30,714 nt of DNA from a virus (lineage: Duplodnaviria > Caudoviricetes), in the IMG/VR virus record IMGVR_UViG_3300039441_000116, positions 1-30,714 of that record, one strand, 5' to 3'. A program made the translations under genes and the position numbers. Every line of letters starts with the position of its first letter. Position 1 is the stretch's first letter. The notes beneath the pieces were generated by a model. The model was not told where the DNA came from. It did no database searches and worked only from the letters and a program-made list of their open reading frames with translations. This document shows, in pieces, positions 26,127 to 30,714 of the stretch.

Positions 26127-26437
26127 CGACCAACCTTGCAAAGCTTACGCTTTCATGCTCATGCGAACGGGTCGAGACATTCTTCGATGGACCGTTCTTC
26201 CAAATCACGCCGTGGGGATGCCCTCTACACGCGGTCGACCTCTATCTCGACTACCTCGCACGGCTCTTCGATACGAATCCTATTCGATGGAGTATCGGTT
26301 GGATGACGGATGATGACGTCACGTTCGGTGTTGGTAGTGTCGTACGTAGAGTGACCAAAGAACAGGCCAAACGCTTCATGGTCGAAGCACGTGAGCTGAA
26401 TGCTCGCCACTACGACCCGGATTCAATCTGGCATTAG
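26123..26437 (+). CDS. Hypothetical protein (104 aa)
   Basis: ATGA coupling with the upstream gene; CSC...CPLH. Confidence 0.65.
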   Translation: MTTNLAKLTLSCSCERVETFFDGPFFQITPWGCPLHAVDLYLDYLARLFDTNPIRWSIGWMTDDDVTFGVGSVVRRVTKEQAKRFMVEARELNARHYDPDSIWH

Positions 26438-26532
26438 CGAACAAGACCGATAGCCGAGTTCATAGCCGAACGAACTATGCCACGCGACCACAACCAACAA
26501 CGCGAGCGAGAGCAGCTCGAAGAGGAAGACAA

Positions 26533-27345
26533 ATGAATCAATTCGGACAATTCCCGTACCACGTACCGCATGCGACGCAACCTGCTACACTGCAGGTCGC
26601 GATCGTCGACCAGGACACGCATCAGCCGGACACCTACCGCGTCGCTCTGGCTCTGCAGAAGCAGGTCCAACGTGACTTCGCTTTGCCACCACCGTACGGC
26701 TACGGCATCAGCTGCACCGTACGAGTCGCAGACACTCTGCACCCTCGACAACCGAATGAGATTCCACTAATGCTATTCTCCGCGGCGGACGTGCCTGGCG
26801 CGCTCGGCTACCACGACGAGACACCCGAGGGCTTGCCGATCATGAAGGTGTTCCCTCTGCTCGATGCGCAGGACGGCGTGACCTGGTCGAGTACGGCATC
26901 GCACGAGCTGCTCGAGACCCTCGCCGACCCAAACATCTGTCGATGCACACAATCACCAACCGGCATCTTCTACGGCTACGAGGTCTGCGATGCTGTTGAG
27001 GCCGACTCGTACGATATCGACGGTGTACAGGTCTCAAACTTCTGTCTGCCACTGTTTTTCGAGCCGACGCTCGATGCGAGCGGCGCAATCCTCATCGCAC
27101 GGGGCAACAAGCTCGATTATCTCGGACTCACGACGACGCCGTTCGAGATTCGACCCGGTGGTTACCTCTCGCGCTGGGACCCGGCGCAGGGATGGGTCCA
27201 GGATGTTCATCAAGCAAAGGCGCCTCGAGCATATCGACAGGCGCAGATGATGAACAACCTCGGCCGTGCTAGCCGTCGACGCAATCTCACGCTGCAGGGC
27301 ACTCCGGCCATCTCGCCCGCCACACCGGCCGCACCGACTCCGTAG
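26533..27345 (+). CDS. Zn-metallopeptidase-like protein with HExxE motif
   Basis: GALGYHD, TASHELLETLADP, YEVCDAVE, VSNF; GAGGA SD. Confidence 0.6.
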   Translation: MNQFGQFPYHVPHATQPATLQVAIVDQDTHQPDTYRVALALQKQVQRDFALPPPYGYGISCTVRVADTLHPRQPNEIPLMLFSAADVPGALGYHDETPEGLPIMKVFPLLDAQDGVTWSSTASHELLETLADPNICRCTQSPTGIFYGYEVCDAVEADSYDIDGVQVSNFCLPLFFEPTLDASGAILIARGNKLDYLGLTTTPFEIRPGGYLSRWDPAQGWVQDVHQAKAPRAYRQAQMMNNLGRASRRRNLTLQGTPAISPATPAAPTP

Positions 27346-27359
27346 GATCGGAGGATGCG

Positions 27360-27695
27360 ATGAACATCAGGGAGCTGCAGAGAATCTCAGCAGAGAGATG
27401 CGAAGCGCCATCAGGTTTCAACTCGGCGATTAGCTCGTGGACCATTCTTGAGTGGGCCGGTGCAATGTGCGGTGAGGCCGGCGAGGCCGCCAACGTGGCG
27501 AAGAAGATTCGTCGGGATGGACCGTTCTACGGTAGAGAGCTCGTCCAGATGCGGACAGCACTCGCGCATGAGCTGGCCGACGTAGTTTGCTACGCGGTCC
27601 TCGTCGCCGAACGCATGGGCATCGATTTACAGGACGCAATTCGCGAGAAGTTCAACGAGGTCTCGGACCGTCGAGGCTGCGACATCAAACTGTGA
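27360..27695 (+). CDS. MazG-like nucleotide pyrophosphohydrolase
   Basis: GEAGEAANVAKK...HELADVVCY...GIDLQDAIREKFN (ExxE...ExxD); GGAGG SD. Confidence 0.88.
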   Translation: MNIRELQRISAERCEAPSGFNSAISSWTILEWAGAMCGEAGEAANVAKKIRRDGPFYGRELVQMRTALAHELADVVCYAVLVAERMGIDLQDAIREKFNEVSDRRGCDIKL

Positions 27696-27703
27696 AAACG
27701 TCG

Positions 27704-27913
27704 ATGACCACGGTCGTTCTCGGCCGTAACGGCAAGTACTACGACCTCGGACGCGGCGAGTTTCCGGGCACCGTCTGGACAGTCTCAGATGGGAAGCTCA
27801 AACGGAAGAAGTACTCAACGCTGCCGCAGGACGCCTTTGCGTGCACGCAAGAACGTGCAGACGAGCTCACCGGGAGAGTCAAACAGGAAGGAACAACATG
27901 GCCGGCGCAGTAA
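27704..27913 (+). CDS. Hypothetical protein (69 aa)
   Basis: ATG 8 nt after the MazG stop; fills the gap in the operon. Confidence 0.55.
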   Translation: MTTVVLGRNGKYYDLGRGEFPGTVWTVSDGKLKRKKYSTLPQDAFACTQERADELTGRVKQEGTTWPAQ

Positions 27914-28299
27914 ATAATTGTCCGAAGTGCGGAGACCAATGCTGGGATATGGAGCCGTGTACGAAGTGTGGATTAACGGGACGTCAGGTTGCGGAAGGCG
28001 CCAGGGAGCGAAGCATAGAGCAACAGAGAGTCCGAGATGCGATTTCAAGACGAAACGCCGGAACGACCAGCAAACCGCTAACGTTCGGTGAATTGAAAAT
28101 CGGCGACTTCTTCATCGGCTTCCCCGAAGATGGCGACGACTCAGGCCATGGTGGTTATCGTAGAGGAAGCTATCTCTTCGAGAAGGTGGAGGAGCGAAAG
28201 CCCGAACGGCGGTATATGCACGGCGACAACGCCATCAAGGTCTGCGACGGTGTAGAGAGCCACATGCCGGACGGCATGAAGGTTGTCAAAGTACTGTAG
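27898..28299 (+). CDS. Hypothetical protein with N-terminal CxxC...CxxC zinc finger
   Basis: AGGAAGGA SD before ATG 27898; CPKC...CTKC; C-terminal TFGELKIGDFF domain. Confidence 0.7.
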   Translation: MAGAVNNCPKCGDQCWDMEPCTKCGLTGRQVAEGARERSIEQQRVRDAISRRNAGTTSKPLTFGELKIGDFFIGFPEDGDDSGHGGYRRGSYLFEKVEERKPERRYMHGDNAIKVCDGVESHMPDGMKVVKVL

Positions 28300-28305
28300 C
28301 CATGC

Positions 28306-28695
28306 TCATCGTTGAGCAAGCTCGCGAACGAATCGTGGTAGCTCGTCGGCAAGCTCGTCAAACACAATCCAGGATGGAATGATTCGGTAGCAGCGATAGT
28401 AGCTCAGCCTGCCGAGCGACTCGACGACCTCTCGATGACCCGAGACACTCTCAGGAAACCAGCTCAGATTCCACAGAATCCAATCAGCGAGTCGCTGTGC
28501 CTGTTCAAAGTCGAAGCGTTCTCGAACACGTGCGTAGGCCAGAACGACCGATTCCCTGGAGAGGTCGACGGCGCGCTCGGACGGAACTTGCGAATTGAAG
28601 ACGCCCTCGATGTAGGCGCGTGCCGTGCGAGTAGCGTTGAGGTCGGCGACCCTAGCTGCAAAGAGGTCTCGCAGCGAGTACTGCAGCACTGGCAA
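28306..28695 (-). CDS. Hypothetical helical protein (129 aa)
   Basis: TTG start 6 nt after the upstream stop; converges on the plus-strand island with a 6-nt gap. Confidence 0.6.
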   Translation of the reverse strand: MPVLQYSLRDLFAARVADLNATRTARAYIEGVFNSQVPSERAVDLSRESVVLAYARVRERFDFEQAQRLADWILWNLSWFPESVSGHREVVESLGRLSYYRCYRIIPSWIVFDELADELPRFVRELAQR

Positions 28696-28701
28696 ACGAC
28701 T

Positions 28702-30156
28702 CTAGACCACCGATGTGCTCTCGCCCTCTCGAGGTTCTCGATAGAGAACGAGTATTGGGCGACGACCTGAAAAACCGATGCGGCTGAAGTCTGCCATGTC
28801 GGCGAGCACGAATGCGTTGCCGATGAGCGAGAGTCCTCGGTCGTTACTTGCGGCATCGATGATGTAGCGGGTAGCCTCTGGAGCTGCCGCGGCAATACCG
28901 CCATTGACGTTCGGCGATGAGGAACCGCCGAGCCACCGTGCCAGGTCCTGTCGACCTACGACGGCACGCTCGGTCGCACCACCATTGAGAGCGTCCGGCT
29001 CCCACGGAATCTCGTCCGCATGCGCGAACAGAATCCGGGCGACCTTTTCGACGAACTTGGCCTCGTCAACGATCTGCCCAATTCGTCGCTGTTGTGCCGG
29101 CGCTTCGATGATGGCACCATGTCGCGTTACCGGGTCCTGGACACTCGGCTCTAGGGCTTCATCGGCAAGCGCGTCCGGATAGAGCTCGTGGTAATACTGC
29201 TCCTTCGGAGTGTCATACATGCCGTGCGCGCCGTTCGATGACTGCGTAAGCGCGTCCGGCGTTTCTCGGTCGCGGTATTGCTCGTCGGGATGTTCGGTGT
29301 CGCGATTATCGATCTGTTGGTCCTGAGGCGACCATGGATTGAATCCGTCACCGACCTTCTCAAAGTCTGCCGCTACGTCTGCCGATGCGTCGTGCGGCGC
29401 TTCGCTCGCTGGCGCCTCGGGCGTCGACGGCTCTTCCGTGAGATCGAATCTGCCGTATGCCACCGGTGCGCCGAGGCGGTCTCCGCTGCCTTGTACGACT
29501 GGATAGACCGCGACTTCGCCGGTGTCTCGGTTGTGCGAATAGCCGAACCATTTGCGCTTGTGGTCTACTCGCTGGCAGAAGCCGGCCGAGCCTGAAGCCT
29601 TCGTGACTTGCCAGGTCGGTCCGTATCGTCCGACCTTGAAGCGGTCACCGACCTTGAGCTCGGGTTGATTGAGCCCGGTCTCGGGACCGTGCGCTTCGTC
29701 TGCAGCGTCACCGTCGTCGCTGGCGTTCGTCGAGTTGTGCACACCGTCGATGTCGGTAGCATCATCTGCGCTGACTTGCGCGGTGCGCGAGTCGCTTGCG
29801 GTGATGAGGTCACCACCACGAAGACCTGCACGCCGACAGGTCCCTGCAGGAACCTCAAGCACGGCACTGACACGGCTGAACGACCAACGCTCGGTCGAGC
29901 CGGGCATCGCACCCTCGACGATGCGAGAAACGCGAGACTGCCCATCGATGCCGACGAGGTCGATGGCGAATGGAACTTCACCCATCCAAAACTGGGCTGT
30001 TCGCACTCGTGGGAAGAGGAACAGAAGCCCCTCGTCCTCGTCGAGCTTCGCATGTTTCTGCAGCCCGAGCGCGTGTTCGGCCGGCGTGAGCGCGACGGCA
30101 CAACGGACTCGAAGTCCATTGAGCGATAGAGTCTCTGTAGAGTCTTGCGCCGGCAT
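28702..30156 (-). CDS. DUF192-domain protein with acidic linkers and additional domains
   Basis: N-terminal VALTPAEHALGL...EGLLFLF...FWMGEVPFAIDLVGID...VLEVPAG...GLRGGD is a typical DUF192 pattern; GGAG SD. Confidence 0.8.
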   Translation of the reverse strand: MPAQDSTETLSLNGLRVRCAVALTPAEHALGLQKHAKLDEDEGLLFLFPRVRTAQFWMGEVPFAIDLVGIDGQSRVSRIVEGAMPGSTERWSFSRVSAVLEVPAGTCRRAGLRGGDLITASDSRTAQVSADDATDIDGVHNSTNASDDGDAADEAHGPETGLNQPELKVGDRFKVGRYGPTWQVTKASGSAGFCQRVDHKRKWFGYSHNRDTGEVAVYPVVQGSGDRLGAPVAYGRFDLTEEPSTPEAPASEAPHDASADVAADFEKVGDGFNPWSPQDQQIDNRDTEHPDEQYRDRETPDALTQSSNGAHGMYDTPKEQYYHELYPDALADEALEPSVQDPVTRHGAIIEAPAQQRRIGQIVDEAKFVEKVARILFAHADEIPWEPDALNGGATERAVVGRQDLARWLGGSSSPNVNGGIAAAAPEATRYIIDAASNDRGLSLIGNAFVLADMADFSRIGFSGRRPILVLYREPREGESTSVV

Positions 30157-30173
30157 GAAGCGCTCCAGTTCGA

Positions 30174-30714
30174 TTACGCTTCGCGAAGAGCGTAGATGAA
30201 GAGCTCGCCCGACTGCGACTGGTCGTCTCTGTGCAGGTACAGTGATGTGTCCACGTCGACCGCAGATGAGGATGTCATCGCCGTGCCGGCAGGTCGGGCG
30301 AGACCGACGGCCGAGGTATCCATGCTTTCGCTCAGCCGCGTACCAGTAGCATTGACATCCGACCAGAGTGCCGCCGTACTCGCTGCCGCGCCGGCCACCC
30401 TCGTGAGCAGAAGAGCGTCGACCACGCGAAAGCTGAACGGCGAGTTGGAGACGAAGATGGAAACATCATCGGCCGTTCCGGTCGCCCCACCGGCGTTCAG
30501 GATAACGCGCATAACGAGCATCGGACCCATATTATTGTCATCCGCAATGCCAACTTTTACGGAAGTGACCGAGCTATCTATCGGAGTTCGGTCATCTGAG
30601 AGTCGAGCGTCGTTTCCGGCACATGCGGTTGTCCCTGACGTCCCGAGCACGAGGTCGCCCGGGTCGGCAATGTCGTCCGAGCCGGGCGTTACGACGAGCG
30701 ACAGCGTTCCGGCC
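30174..30714 (-). CDS. Partial fibre/structural protein (5' end outside the window)
   Basis: Frame is open to the window edge; LGTSGTTACAGNDARLSDDRTP resembles a recurrent phage fibre motif. Confidence 0.55.
   Translation of the reverse strand, partial: AGTLSLVVTPGSDDIADPGDLVLGTSGTTACAGNDARLSDDRTPIDSSVTSVKVGIADDNNMGPMLVMRVILNAGGATGTADDVSIFVSNSPFSFRVVDALLLTRVAGAAASTAALWSDVNATGTRLSESMDTSAVGLARPAGTAMTSSSAVDVDTSLYLHRDDQSQSGELFIYALREA

Noticed and set aside
27360-27695. MazZ of a 2-aminoadenine (Z-genome) pathway
   Set aside because: No purZ or datZ in the window; MazG-like genes are common in phages.
22-30714. Stop-codon reassignment, CRISPR array, tRNA genes
   Set aside because: Genes tile tightly under code 11 with all three stops at real gene ends; no repeat-spacer array or cloverleaf was seen.

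Overview
This window is the virion-morphogenesis region of a large, GC-rich tailed phage (Caudoviricetes); it is not cellular housekeeping DNA. Most genes are on the minus strand. In transcription order (right to left) they are: a partial fibre-like gene, a DUF192-domain acidic protein, then (after a plus-strand island of small accessory genes: pentapeptide repeat, FmdB-like Zn ribbon, HExxE peptidase-like, MazG-like) large terminase, an acidic Tyr-rich protein, portal, a 1435-aa prohead protease/scaffold polyprotein carrying a LAGLIDADG intein, a putative decoration protein and an HK97-type major capsid protein with a terminator. Next come two convergent free-standing homing endonucleases (HNH-AP2 and LAGLIDADG), a protein with an N-terminal IscB-like PLMP/RRXRR domain, a lysis cassette (holin, two atypical spanin-like proteins, goose-type lysozyme), a cluster of paralogous module-shuffled fibre-like proteins and a GH18-like TIM-barrel protein. 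The main leads are: (1) a PLMP/RRXRR-like domain without any nuclease, downstream of a structured non-coding leader; (2) a recurrent [RK]-x-A motif in the disordered linkers of head-module proteins, suggesting a shared protease-processing code; (3) an intein next to the predicted catalytic His of the maturation protease; (4) RNA hairpins occluding the holin SD and the HNH start codon. All family calls are from motif recognition by eye; no searches were run.
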